DNA of 64,000 nucleotides. Origin: an uncultured delta proteobacterium. Its GTDB lineage: Bacteria > Myxococcota_A > UBA9160 > UBA4427. Below, piece by piece: positions 50,605-60,270 of the stretch. The notes beneath the pieces were generated by a model. That model was not told where the DNA came from and ran no database searches. It was given only the letters and a program-made list of their open reading frames with translations. A program made the position numbers and the translations under genes. The number at the start of each line of letters is the position of its first letter. The first letter of the stretch is position 1. The stretch spans positions 224,001 to 288,000 of the forward strand of contig CAWGJT010000014.1 in assembly GCA_963822965.1 (NCBI GenBank), written 5' to 3'.

Positions 50605-53001
50605 GTGGGCGCCGTGACGCCGGCGCCGCCTCCACACACGGCCGTGCGGCCGAGCGCGCCCCTCGAGCTGGCACGATGGCCGCTGGCCTGCGCGATCTTC
50701 GCGGCGCTCGCGGCCGCGCTCTTCGCGCCCGTGCTGCTCGACGGAAGGACGCTCGCTCCCGGCGACGCGACGCTCTACTACTACCCGCACTACGTCGCGC
50801 GTCACTGGCTGTGGACGCCGGCGCTCTACTCCGGTTACCCGGTCTTCGCCGATCCCCAGGCGATGACCTGGTACCCCCCGGCCATGCTGCTCGGCGCGAT
50901 CCCGGGCTCCTGGAACCTGTTCGTCGTGCTCGCCTACGCGGTGGCCGGTGGCTCGATGTTCTGCTTCGTCCTGCGGCTCACGGGCTCGCGGTCGGCCGGG
51001 GCGGCGAGCGGGGTGGTCTATGCGGGGAGCGGCTTCGCGGTGGCCCATCTCGAGCACACCAGCATCCTGCACACATACGCGTGGGCGCCCCTCGTCCTGT
51101 GGTCTCTCGAAGAGCTGCGCCGATCCCCCTCTTCCCGGTGGCTGGCCCTCGGTGCCGTCGCGACGGCGCTGGCGGCGCTCGCTGGCCACCCCCAGGTCTT
51201 CGCGTATCTCGGCCTCGTGGCGCTGGGGTACGCGCTGCTGCCGGCGCCGCAGCAAGGGGGAGGGTGGCCCGACCGGATGCGTCCGATTGCCGCGCTGGTC
51301 CTGGGCGTCGGCATGGCGTCGGTGCTCTTCGTGCCGATGCTCGCGCTCGCCGGCGAGAGCGTCCGGAGCGCTGGGGCACCCGGCCGGGCCTTCGACGTTT
51401 CGCTCGCGCCGCACCAGCTCCCGCAGCTCCTCTTCCCCTTCCTCTACGGCGGCCAGGCGCATGTCGTGGGACTCGGGCCGGGCACCTACACCGGGGGCGA
51501 TTCCTGGATCGAGAGCACCGGCTTCGTCGGGCTCGTCCCGCTCGCGCTCGCCGGCCTCGCGATCTGGCTCCGACCGCGACGGGCGGAGGTGCGCTTCTTC
51601 GCCGTCGCGACGCTGCTGGCGCTGGCCGTCTGCGTCGGAGATGCCCTGCCGTTCGCGAAGCTTCTCGCGCTGCTGCCCGGCCTCGATCGCTTCCGCGTTC
51701 CGGCGCGGCTCCTCTTCGTGACGACCCTCTCGCTGTCGGTGCTCGCGGGCATCGGTCTGCAGGCGCTGTGGGCGCTGCCGAGACCGCAACGGAGTCGCAC
51801 GCTCCGGCGCGCCGTTCTGATCCTCGGCGGGGTCGGAGCGATCGCCTGGCTCGGCGCCGCGACGACGAGCGATCGAGCCGGCGGGATCCGCGCGAGCCCC
51901 TTGCTGCTGCTGCAGGTGGGCAGCGCTGCGCTTGCGGCGGCTCTCCTCTTCCTGGCGTGTCGCTACGCGCGGCCGGCCGTGCGCATGGCGTTCGTCGCGG
52001 GGCTCGCGCTCGAGCTGGCCAGCGTCGCGGCCTTCGCGCCCTGGCGCGATTCGCCCAAGGCGAGCGAGGCCTTCGCGTTTCCCGAGACTCTTCGCGGCGT
52101 GCACGACGACCTGGCACGCAGCCGCCAGCGCTCGGTGACACTGTCCGCCTTCGGCCCCCTCGAGACCGCGCCTCCCAACCGCAACCAGATCTGGGAGATC
52201 CCGAGCGTCATCGGCTATGGGCCGCTGCCTCTCGCCCGCTACGCCGATCTGCTTCGACTCGCGCCGGCGGGTCATCTCGGCCGTGCGGACGAGCTCGCGC
52301 GGGTACTCGGACCGAACGACCGCAGCCTCGACCTGCTGGCCACCCGCTATCTGCTGGTTCCCGGCGTGACGCGGCCCGGAGCCCGTCCCGACCTCTTCCA
52401 GCCCACTCGGGCGCTGGTCGAGCGGAGCGGTCGCTGGCGCCTGCACGCCGTCCACCGCGGCGTCAGCGTCTACGAGAACCTGCACGCCCTGCCTCGGGCC
52501 TGGATCGCGGGCGAGCTGCGTGCCGTCGGGTCGGACGAGGTGGTGGACGCGATTCGGCGCGGCCGGCTCCGCGACGGCACCCGCTTCGATCCGACGCGGA
52601 CCGCTCTCGTCGAGGAAGAGGCGCAGCCGCTCTCCTGTCCCGCTCCGTGCGGCAACGCGGAGATCGTGTCCCTGGTCGACACGCAGATGGTCGTGCGGAC
52701 CCGAGCCCGGAGCGGTGCGATGCTCGTCCTCAGCGACGTCGCCTATCCGGGCTGGCAGGCGCTCGTGGACGGCGAGCCGGCTCCGATCGTTCGCACCGAC
52801 TTCGTGTTGCGCGGCGTGCGGGTTCCGGCCGGCGAGCACCGCGTCGCGCTCTCGTTCCGGCCGCGGAGCCTGTTGCTCGGCGTGGGGCTCAGCGTCCTGT
52901 GCGCGGTGTCGCTGGCGCTCTGGTGCAGTCGCGCCGCGCGTCGTCACGCTGCCGCGTCGGGCGCGGTCAGTCCACCGCCACCATCACGTTCGACGCCTTG
53001 A
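50605..53001 (+). CDS. YfhO family (GT-C-like) polytopic membrane protein; start uncertain
   Basis: 'WTPALYSGYP', 'AGHPQ', 'RFRVPAR', 'YENLHALPRAW', 'YPGWQALVDG', 'PAGEH'. Confidence 0.88.
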   Translation: MGAVTPAPPPHTAVRPSAPLELARWPLACAIFAALAAALFAPVLLDGRTLAPGDATLYYYPHYVARHWLWTPALYSGYPVFADPQAMTWYPPAMLLGAIPGSWNLFVVLAYAVAGGSMFCFVLRLTGSRSAGAASGVVYAGSGFAVAHLEHTSILHTYAWAPLVLWSLEELRRSPSSRWLALGAVATALAALAGHPQVFAYLGLVALGYALLPAPQQGGGWPDRMRPIAALVLGVGMASVLFVPMLALAGESVRSAGAPGRAFDVSLAPHQLPQLLFPFLYGGQAHVVGLGPGTYTGGDSWIESTGFVGLVPLALAGLAIWLRPRRAEVRFFAVATLLALAVCVGDALPFAKLLALLPGLDRFRVPARLLFVTTLSLSVLAGIGLQALWALPRPQRSRTLRRAVLILGGVGAIAWLGAATTSDRAGGIRASPLLLLQVGSAALAAALLFLACRYARPAVRMAFVAGLALELASVAAFAPWRDSPKASEAFAFPETLRGVHDDLARSRQRSVTLSAFGPLETAPPNRNQIWEIPSVIGYGPLPLARYADLLRLAPAGHLGRADELARVLGPNDRSLDLLATRYLLVPGVTRPGARPDLFQPTRALVERSGRWRLHAVHRGVSVYENLHALPRAWIAGELRAVGSDEVVDAIRRGRLRDGTRFDPTRTALVEEEAQPLSCPAPCGNAEIVSLVDTQMVVRTRARSGAMLVLSDVAYPGWQALVDGEPAPIVRTDFVLRGVRVPAGEHRVALSFRPRSLLLGVGLSVLCAVSLALWCSRAARRHAAASGAVSPPPPSRSTP

Positions 53002-53176
53002 CGACCGCCCAGGCTTCGCGCCCCGGCTCGAGCGCCATGCTCTCCGCCGAAGCGCGAGTGATGACGGAAACGATCTCGAGATCTCCCGGAAGCGCGATGA
53101 CGACGACCGAATTCACCGCCCCGTGCTCGACGGAGCGGACCCTTCCCTTGATCTGGTTCCGTGCGCTGAGCTTCAT
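52967..53176 (-). CDS. Molbindin (Mop/TOBE) molybdate-binding protein
   Basis: 'MKLSARNQIKG', 'VSVIT..SAE', 'VKASNVM'. Confidence 0.93.
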   Translation of the reverse strand: MKLSARNQIKGRVRSVEHGAVNSVVVIALPGDLEIVSVITRASAESMALEPGREAWAVVKASNVMVAVD

Positions 53177-53198
53177 CGCTCTCCTCCTCGTTGCGCGA

Positions 53199-53739
53199 TC
53201 AGTCCGGGGGACGCTGGCTGGGCGGGAAGTGGGCGAGCATGCGGTTCATGGCGTCGCTCAGTCGGGCCCTGCGCTCCGCGGGCGAGAGACCCACGTGGAT
53301 CTGGGCTCGCCCGAAGCCCAGCCACACGCGCCGCCCGGTGGCGTTCTCCACCAGTAGCAGCGAGACCGATCCGAAGGCCCGCGACGCGTCGGGACCGAGG
53401 AAGGTACTGATCGAGTACTGATAGGAGAGCCGATAGTCCGGATTGCCGTCCGCGGTCACCCGGTAGCCGTGGGCCGCGAACGCCTCGTTGGCGACCTCCT
53501 TCAACAGCGCGTCGGTGGTCTCACGATCGAGGGTGGGAACGTCCGGTAGCGAGCTTGCGGCGTCGTCCCAGGCGTAGGTGGCTCGTGCGCGGAAACGGTA
53601 CGAGGGGATCGTAGTTCGTGCTGACGGGGATCGCGTCGCTCGAGCAGGCGAGCAGGCAGAGCAGTGCCCCCGGGACCAGGAGCAACCCGGATCTGGTGGC
53701 AGGCCGGGTGGGCTTCCGGATGCGCGAGCGCCGACTCAC
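53199..53739 (-). CDS. DUF4136-like lipoprotein, frameshifted near 53520-53600
   Basis: Lipobox LLAC, 'STNYDP', 'ATYAW', 'HGYR', 'TGRRVW.G', 'FPP'. Confidence 0.7.
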
Positions 53740-54362
53740 GGCTTCTCCACGGCGATCGCGACCGCCTCGCTGTAGGTGATCTCGAGCAGATCGCCCACCT
53801 TCACCTTGTCGAGGTTCGCCGGATTCTGCACGGGCAGTGTACGCAGGCCGCCGTCGTCGAGCGCGACGGTGATCGTCTGTGCGTCCCGGTCGATGTCCTT
53901 CACGGTGGTGGTCACCGTGACCTGCGAGAGCGCCACGCCAGCGGGGGTGGAGCCCGGTGCCGCGGTCGCCATGCCGGTTTCCGCGGTCGCACCCGGCTTG
54001 GATTCCCCGGGCTTCCGCACCTGGAACACCAGCGATTCGTAGTAGGTGGCTCGCACCTGATCACCCGGGGCGACCTGGGCCAGGTTCTTCACGGAATCGG
54101 CGACCACCAGCTCGACCTCGCGCTTCCCGGGCAGGAGCAAGGTCACCCGGCGCGTGGCGTGATCGATCTTCTCGACGGTTGCAGTCACCTGGACGGCGTT
54201 CAGGTGCTCGACGCGATCGGCGCCCTCGATCGTTCCGGAGGCGCTGGCCGCCGTCGGCGTGGCCGGCATCCGCGTGGGAGACGAGCTCGGCATGTCCGAG
54301 GAGCAGGCCACGAGCGCAGCCGCGGCGAGCGCCGCAAGGACGGAGGGCGTGAGAGGATTCAT
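53736..54362 (-). CDS. Lipoprotein with two tandem OB-fold-like repeats
   Basis: Lipobox LVAC; 'VTATVEKID...APGDQVRATY' and 'VTTTVKDID...KVGDLLEITY'. Confidence 0.8.
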   Translation of the reverse strand: MNPLTPSVLAALAAAALVACSSDMPSSSPTRMPATPTAASASGTIEGADRVEHLNAVQVTATVEKIDHATRRVTLLLPGKREVELVVADSVKNLAQVAPGDQVRATYYESLVFQVRKPGESKPGATAETGMATAAPGSTPAGVALSQVTVTTTVKDIDRDAQTITVALDDGGLRTLPVQNPANLDKVKVGDLLEITYSEAVAIAVEKP

Positions 54363-54481
54363 CGGAGGTCTCCTGGGGTCCGGTCGGGGCGCGCACGGTA
54401 GCGCGCGCCGCGTGCGATGCTAGGCCCGGGCTCGCTACGCCTTCGAGGTACCCGGGCCTTCGCGGCAGGGCTCGCCGGGGC

Positions 54482-54937
54482 TCAGCGCTCCGCGCGGGCC
54501 GCGAGCACGTCGCCGTGCCCGATCTGGGTCACCAGGCTCGCGGAATCGAAGTAGACCCGCTCGTTCACGATGCGGTCGCCCTCGAAGAAGAAGACCGCGA
54601 TGACCGGCACCCGGAAGGCGCGTCCGCTCGGGGGGCGACCGTAGAACTCGCCGTCGTTGGTTCCCAGCAGGTCGAACTCGGCGATCACGGCATCGTCGGC
54701 GAAGTGCAGGCGCACGTTCTCGTGGCGCTGATCGGGAAAAGCGGTCCGGGTGGTGCGGTAGTAGCCCATCACGGCGTCGGCGCCGTCGAAGACCTGCCCG
54801 GTGGGCACGATCTCGTAGCGCGGGGAATGGTGCGGATGGTCGAAGGTCGCGAGGGTGCGGTCGAACTCCTGGGCCGCCTCCGACTCGAAGTGCTCGCGCA
54901 CCACCCGCTCGCGTCGCGCTCGCAGGGCCGGATCCAT
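54482..54937 (-). CDS. SnoaL-like/ester cyclase (NTF2 fold)
   Basis: 'VVREHFESE', 'AFPDQ', 'PSGRAFRVP', 'ERVYFD'. Confidence 0.88.
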   Translation of the reverse strand: MDPALRARRERVVREHFESEAAQEFDRTLATFDHPHHSPRYEIVPTGQVFDGADAVMGYYRTTRTAFPDQRHENVRLHFADDAVIAEFDLLGTNDGEFYGRPPSGRAFRVPVIAVFFFEGDRIVNERVYFDSASLVTQIGHGDVLAARAER

Positions 54938-54964
54938 GAGGGTCTCCCCGGGCTCGTCGCCCGT

Positions 54965-56227
54965 TCAGCGCAGCGACAGGTCGAGCCGCTTCAGGCCGCG
55001 CAGGACGGGATTCTCGCGGTACTCGGGGGCGTCGTCCAGCAGGGCCAGGGCGGGGAAGCGCGAGACCAGGGCGGCCAGGGCCACCTGCGCCTCGAGCCGG
55101 GCCAGGGGCGCACCCATGCAGAAGTGGGTGGCGAAGCCGAAGGCGAGGTGCGCGTTCGGATCGCGGCCCACGTCGAGGGTGTCGGGCGCGTCGAACACCT
55201 CGGGGTCGCGGTTGGCGGCGCCCAGACTCACGAGCACGACCGAGCCCTGGGGGATCACGTGCTCGCCCACCTCGACGTCCTCGAGCGCCACGCGCACGGT
55301 CGCCTGGACGGGGCCGTCGAAGCGCAGCAGCTCCTCGACGGCGGTCGGCACGAGTGCCGGGTCTTCGCGCAGCCGCTCGAGCTGATCGGGCTCGCGCAGC
55401 AGCGCCAGGGTGCCGTTGCCGATCAGGTTCGTGGTGGTCTCGTGGCCGGCCAGCAGCAGCAGGTTGGAGGTGGCGAGCAGCTCGGCGTCGCTGAGCGCGT
55501 CGCTCTCCTCCTGGGCGTGGATCATGGCGCTGATGAGATCGTCGCGGGGCTGCTTCCGGCGGGCTGCGATGATGTCGCCGAGGTAGGCGAGGATCTGCAT
55601 CCCGGCGCCGGTGGCCCGGCCGCGTTCTTCGTCGGTTCGTGCGGCGATGGCGGCGATGAGCTGGCTGGACCACTGACGGAACTGGCGGTGGTCCTCGGCC
55701 GGGACGCCCAGCAGCTCGGCGATCACGATGGCCGGAAGCGGCTCGGCGAGGTCGTGGATGAGATCGAAGCGATCCGCCTCCGCCACGGCGTCGAGCTCTT
55801 CGCGGACGAGCTGCTCGATGCGCGGGCGCAGGGCGGCGATTCGCTTCGGCGTGAAGGCCTTGTTGACGAGCTTGCGCACCCGGGTGTGGTCGGGCGGGTC
55901 CATGATGAGCATGGAGCGCATTCCCCGGGCGCTCTGCTGGATGAACGCCGGCAGCCGCTCGAGGTTGTCGCGGATGAGCGGCGCCTTCAGGCGATCCACC
56001 GAGAAGCGCGGGATCGCGCAGCACGCCGTGCACGTCCCGGTAGCGGGTGAGCAGCCAGAAGCCGGGGCCGTCGAAGGCCGGCGTCGGGACGCGGAGGACG
56101 GGGTGCACGGTGCGCAGCAGCGAGTAGACGGGGTAGGGGTTCTCGAGGGAGCCCGCGCTGCGCAGGGGCAGCAGCAGATCGAACGGGCGGCGGCTCGGGC
56201 GTCGGGACGGGAGACGGGAGATGCCAT
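54965..56227 (-). CDS. Cytochrome P450, frameshifts in the N-terminal 250 bp
   Basis: 'MDPPDHTRVR', 'AGHETT', 'EELLR', 'FGFATHFCMG'. Confidence 0.9.
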   Translation of the reverse strand: MASPVSRPDARAAARSICCCPCAARAPSRTPTPSTRCCAPCTPSSASRRRPSTAPASGCSPATGTCTACCAIPRFSVDRLKAPLIRDNLERLPAFIQQSARGMRSMLIMDPPDHTRVRKLVNKAFTPKRIAALRPRIEQLVREELDAVAEADRFDLIHDLAEPLPAIVIAELLGVPAEDHRQFRQWSSQLIAAIAARTDEERGRATGAGMQILAYLGDIIAARRKQPRDDLISAMIHAQEESDALSDAELLATSNLLLLAGHETTTNLIGNGTLALLREPDQLERLREDPALVPTAVEELLRFDGPVQATVRVALEDVEVGEHVIPQGSVVLVSLGAANRDPEVFDAPDTLDVGRDPNAHLAFGFATHFCMGAPLARLEAQVALAALVSRFPALALLDDAPEYRENPVLRGLKRLDLSLR

Positions 56228-56284
56228 GGCGACCTCGCGGACCGTGGGTGGGCCGATCGCTCGCGTCGTACTCGGGTCGCTAAG

Positions 56285-56304
56285 ATGACTGACCGGTTGG
56301 TCAT
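56285..56304. promoter_or_regulatory. TetR-type palindromic operator between divergent P450 and tetR
   Basis: ATGACTGACCGGTTGGTCAT, 16 of 20 positions self-complementary. Confidence 0.7.
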
Positions 56305-56312
56305 GATAAGGT

Positions 56313-56958
56313 ATGGCCAAGATCCCCGCAAGCGAGCGAGACGCCTTCTACGAGGCCCGCCGGAGCGAGCTCGCCGCGGTGGCGCTGCGGCTCTGGGCCG
56401 AGCGGGGCTTCGACCAGACGTCGGTGGCGGCCATCGCCGAGGAGCGCGGGCGTCGCCAAGGGCACCTTCTATCTCTACTTCGAGAGCAAGGACGCCCTCC
56501 TCGAGGACGTCCTGCGCCGCAACTCGCTGGTGCCGAACATCCAGGAGCTGATCGAAGACCTGCAGCACCGCTCCCTCGACGACGCGGTGCACGGCTTCGT
56601 GCGGGGCGCCTGGCGCCACCTGTGCGACCACCGCGAGCTGGTGCTGGTGGCGGTGCGCGAGCTGCCCACGCATCTCGAGCAGGTCGAGCGGCTGGTCGAG
56701 CGCGTGCTGGTCCCCGCCAACCGTCTGCTGGCCGAATACCTCGAGGCGCGCATCGATCCGGAACGGGCAAAGCAGATCTCCCTGGTCATCTCGGCGCGGG
56801 GCCTGCTCGGGATGATCCTCTTCGTCTTCCTCACCCAGGAGGTGCTCGGCGTCGGCCGCTTCCTGCCCGTGTCGGAGGGGGAGCTGACCGCGACCCTCGC
56901 GGAGCTCTTCCTGCACGGACTGAAGGGGCGATCGAACGGAGCCTCCGACCCGTGCTGA
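56313..56958 (+). CDS. TetR family regulator, +1 frameshift near 56445
   Basis: 'GFDQTSVAAIAEE' / 'AGVAKGTFYLYFESKD'. Confidence 0.85.
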
Positions 56959-58220
56959 GACACGTTCGTGCCTATCGCATGCTGCGGGTGGCGATCGCGG
57001 TGACCCGCGGTGATGCCCCGCTACGTGCTGCTGGTGCTGCGCGAACGCTTCCCGCGTCTCGCGGCCTCGCAGGTCGGCCTGGGACCGCGTCCACGCCGCG
57101 GCGCGGAGCAGATCCGGCGGCTGGCGCTCGACCTCGCCGGAGGATTCACGAAGGCCGCGCAGATCGGGGGCGCCCGGGCCGACGTCCTGCCCGCGCCCTT
57201 CATCGACGCTCTGAGCCAGTTCCACGACGCCGTGCCCCCGCGTCCCTTCGCGTCCCTGCGCGGCCAGGTCGAGCAGGATCTCGGCCGTCCCCTCGAGTCG
57301 GTCTTCGCCTGGGTCGAGCCCCAGGCGCTGGCGGCCGCCTCCCTCGCCCAGGTGCATCGGGCGCGGCTGCTCGATGGCAGCGAGGTCGTGATCAAGATCC
57401 AGTATCCGGAGATCCGACGCATCATCCCCCTCGACCTCGGGATGCTGCGGACCGTCGTCGGGCTGATCCGCGTCGTGCAGCGACGGATCGACCTGCGCAG
57501 CCTGGTCGGCCGAGGTGACGCGCTTCATCGAGCTGGAGCTCGACTTCCGGCGGGAGGTGGAGGCCACGGAGCGCCTGGGCGCCATCCTCGCCGCGTTTCC
57601 GGACGTGCGCGTGCCGCGGGTGCATCGCGAGCTGTGCGGTGATCGGGTGATCGTGCTCGAGTACCTCGACGGCATCCAGGTGACCCGCATCCGCTGCGCT
57701 CGTGGAGGCGGGACACAAGCCTGGCGGAGATCGCCCGAAAGATCGGCGCTCTCTACGGCGCCATGATCTTCGAGTGCGGCTTCTTCCACGGCGACCCGCA
57801 CCCGGGCAACCTGCTGGTGCTGGCCGACGGGCGCATCGGGCTGCTCGACTTCGGTCTCTGCAAGGACCTGCCGAAGGGCTTCGCGCGGCGGGTCGCGCAG
57901 ATGATGATCTCGGCCATGATCGGCGACGCGCGACGCGGCTCTCGAGGCCGCGGCGGCGCTGGGCTTCGAGACCGGCGCCATCCGGCCCGATCACCTGCGC
58001 TCGCTCCTGCTGCTGATGATCGGCGACTCGGATTCGGACGAGAGCCTGCTCGACATCCTCGGGCGCGAGCCGCATCCGCCGGATTCCCGAGGACTTCGCG
58101 CTCGTCGTCCGCACCCTCGATGCTGCTGAACGGGCTCTCCCACCGCCTGGTCCCCGGATCGGCGGCTCATCCAGGCGGAGCTGATCCAGCACCTGGCCGC
58201 CGGCGCCGCCGCGCGCCTGA
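56952..58220 (+). CDS. ABC1/AarF/UbiB atypical kinase, several frameshifts; ends approximate
   Basis: 'AAASLAQVH', 'VIKIQYP', 'ELDF', 'FFHGDPHPGN', 'LLDFG'. Confidence 0.85.
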
Positions 58221-58294
58221 GCGCCCTCGGAGAGCCCCGGCCCCCGGGTCCCACGGCGGGGAGGGGCGCGCGGCTCCGGCTGATCTACGTTCCG

Positions 58295-59101
58295 GTGTCA
58301 TGCCGACCTCGTGGAACCGTCCTCGTCACGGGCGCTTCGGCCGGGATCGGCCGCGAGCTGGCCCGCGTCTTCGCCGCGCACGGGCACGATCTGGTGCTGG
58401 TGGCCCGCAGCCAGGATCGTCTCGAGTCCCTCGCCGCCGAGATCCGTCGTCGCTACGAGCGCGACGTGCGGGTGCTGCCGCGCGACCTGCTGGGGCCCGG
58501 CGCGCCCGAGGCGATCTTCTCCACGCTGGAAGCCGCGGGCGTCGAGGTGGACGTACTCGTGAACGACGCGGGTGTGATGGAGCTCGGAGGCTTCGAGGCG
58601 ACGCCGCTCGCCGCGCTCGAACGCATGGTCGAGCTGAACACCCGCGTCCTGACCAGTCTCACCCGACTCTTCCTGCCTGCCATGCGGGAGCGGGGCCGGG
58701 GTCGCATCCTCAACGTCGCGTCGGCCGCCGCCTTCCAGCCGATTCCGGCGCTGGCGGTCTATGCGGCCACCAAGGCGTTCGTGCTCTCGCTCAGCGAGGC
58801 CCTCTCCGAGGAGCTCGCGGGAACCGGCGTCACGGTCACGGCCGTGTGTCCCGGCCTCACGACCACCGACATGACCGACAAGGCGAAGGCCGCGAACTCG
58901 AACGCCGCCTACTTCCCCGACTTCCTGATGGCCGACGCCGGAGACGTGGCCCGCGCCGCCTACCGGGCTTGCGAAGCCGGCCGGGTGATCGAGGTGCCGG
59001 GCCTCACCAATCGGGTGCTGACCGACTGGTCGCGGCTTCAGCCGCGTTGGGTGACCCGCATGCTCGGGGGACTCGTGGGCCGGCGCTTCCTGGGGTCGTG
59101 A
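58295..59101 (+). CDS. SDR family oxidoreductase
   Basis: 'TGASAGIG', 'NDAG', 'YAATKAF', 'CPG'. Confidence 0.92.
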   Translation: MSCRPRGTVLVTGASAGIGRELARVFAAHGHDLVLVARSQDRLESLAAEIRRRYERDVRVLPRDLLGPGAPEAIFSTLEAAGVEVDVLVNDAGVMELGGFEATPLAALERMVELNTRVLTSLTRLFLPAMRERGRGRILNVASAAAFQPIPALAVYAATKAFVLSLSEALSEELAGTGVTVTAVCPGLTTTDMTDKAKAANSNAAYFPDFLMADAGDVARAAYRACEAGRVIEVPGLTNRVLTDWSRLQPRWVTRMLGGLVGRRFLGS

Positions 59102-59110
59102 GCCCGGGGC

Positions 59111-59725
59111 GTGGCGGTACCCTGCCCGCGCTGTGGGCGTGAGTACGACGTCACGCTCTTCGAATTCGGTCGCACCCTCTGGTGCACCTGCGGCAGCCGC
59201 GTCGGCCTGGAGCCGCGCGAGCGCCGTCTGGCGCCCGCGCCGCCGCGATTCTTCGCCGACGCCATGCTGGGCCGACTCGCGCGCTGGCTGCGCCTGCTGG
59301 GCTTCGACTGCGCCTGGGAGGCTGACATCGCCGACGAGGCCCTGGTGCGCCGGGCCCTGGCCGAGGGCCGCGTCGTGCTCACCCGCGACCGCCGGCTTCC
59401 CGAGGAGTGGCGCGTCTCGGGCCTCCACCTCGTCGAAGGCGAGCGGGTCCGGGACCAGCTCGCCGAGGTGATCCGCGGCTTCGACCTCGCCGGCTCGATC
59501 CGCCTGCTCTCGCGCTGCAGCCGTTGCAACGAGCCGCTCGCACCCGCTGCGCCCATGGACGTGGCGGCACGGGTCCCGCCCCGCGTCCTCGAGCGGCACG
59601 GCGACTACTCGGCCTGCCCGGCGTGTGGGCGCATCTACTGGCCCGGCACCCACGCCGAGCGCATCCGGCGCATGGTGGACGAGCTCCTCGGCCGGGGCGG
59701 CGGCGCCGCCGGGCCGGGCCCCTGA
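59111..59725 (+). CDS. Mut7-C RNase (PIN-like) with an N-terminal Zn ribbon
   Basis: 'FFADAMLGRLARWLRLLGFD', 'LTRD', 'RCSRCN', 'CPACGRIYWPGTH'; N-terminal CPRC...CTC. Confidence 0.9.
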   Translation: MAVPCPRCGREYDVTLFEFGRTLWCTCGSRVGLEPRERRLAPAPPRFFADAMLGRLARWLRLLGFDCAWEADIADEALVRRALAEGRVVLTRDRRLPEEWRVSGLHLVEGERVRDQLAEVIRGFDLAGSIRLLSRCSRCNEPLAPAAPMDVAARVPPRVLERHGDYSACPACGRIYWPGTHAERIRRMVDELLGRGGGAAGPGP

Positions 59726-59814
59726 GAGCCCCGGCGGGTGCCGTTAGGTCGGGTCGAGAACGCAGGGTGTATTTCTCCGGCTCCAGGGTACGATCTGCGG
59801 CCCGGAGGTTCTTC

Positions 59815-60270
59815 ATGACGAGAGCGTGGATCTGCCTGTTCCTGACGCTGCTGCTCGCGGTCCCGCTGGGCTGCTCCAGCTTCAAGTCGTCGTCGAGTCC
59901 CTCGCGCTGGAGCGGGCAGTCCAGCAAGGCCTCGTCGAGCCCCTCCCGCTGGAGCAGCCAGTCCTCGGGCGGCGGCGGGGGCCAGGAGCTCGACGAGTCG
60001 GCCTACGAGGAGGACGTCCGCGAGATGGCCGCCTCGGTCGCAGAGAGCGGCGGCCGCGCCGCCGAGCTCATGCGCCGTATGCCGCAGATCGCCACCGAAC
60101 ACGGCATCACCGACTGGGAGGGCGATGCGGCCACCTACCGCGGCATCGGCGCAGGGCTGGCCCAGGGTGGTCTGTCTGTGGACGCCTTCGAGCGGGTGAG
60201 CCGGGATCTCTCGGCGGGCAGCGACGTGCGCAGCCGGCTGCTGCTCGAGGGATACTCATCCGGGCGGTGA
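59815..60270 (+). CDS. Putative lipoprotein with a Ser-rich tandem repeat after the lipidated Cys
   Basis: Lipobox PLGC; helical domain 'YEEDVR...HGITDWE..ATYRGIGAGL...LLEGY'. Confidence 0.8.
   Translation: MTRAWICLFLTLLLAVPLGCSSFKSSSSPSRWSGQSSKASSSPSRWSSQSSGGGGGQELDESAYEEDVREMAASVAESGGRAAELMRRMPQIATEHGITDWEGDAATYRGIGAGLAQGGLSVDAFERVSRDLSAGSDVRSRLLLEGYSSGR
59884..59967 (+). repeat. 42-bp (14-aa) tandem duplication KSSSSPSRWSGQSS / KASSSPSRWSSQSS
   Basis: Read directly; synonymous codons differ while the peptide is conserved. Confidence 0.85.
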
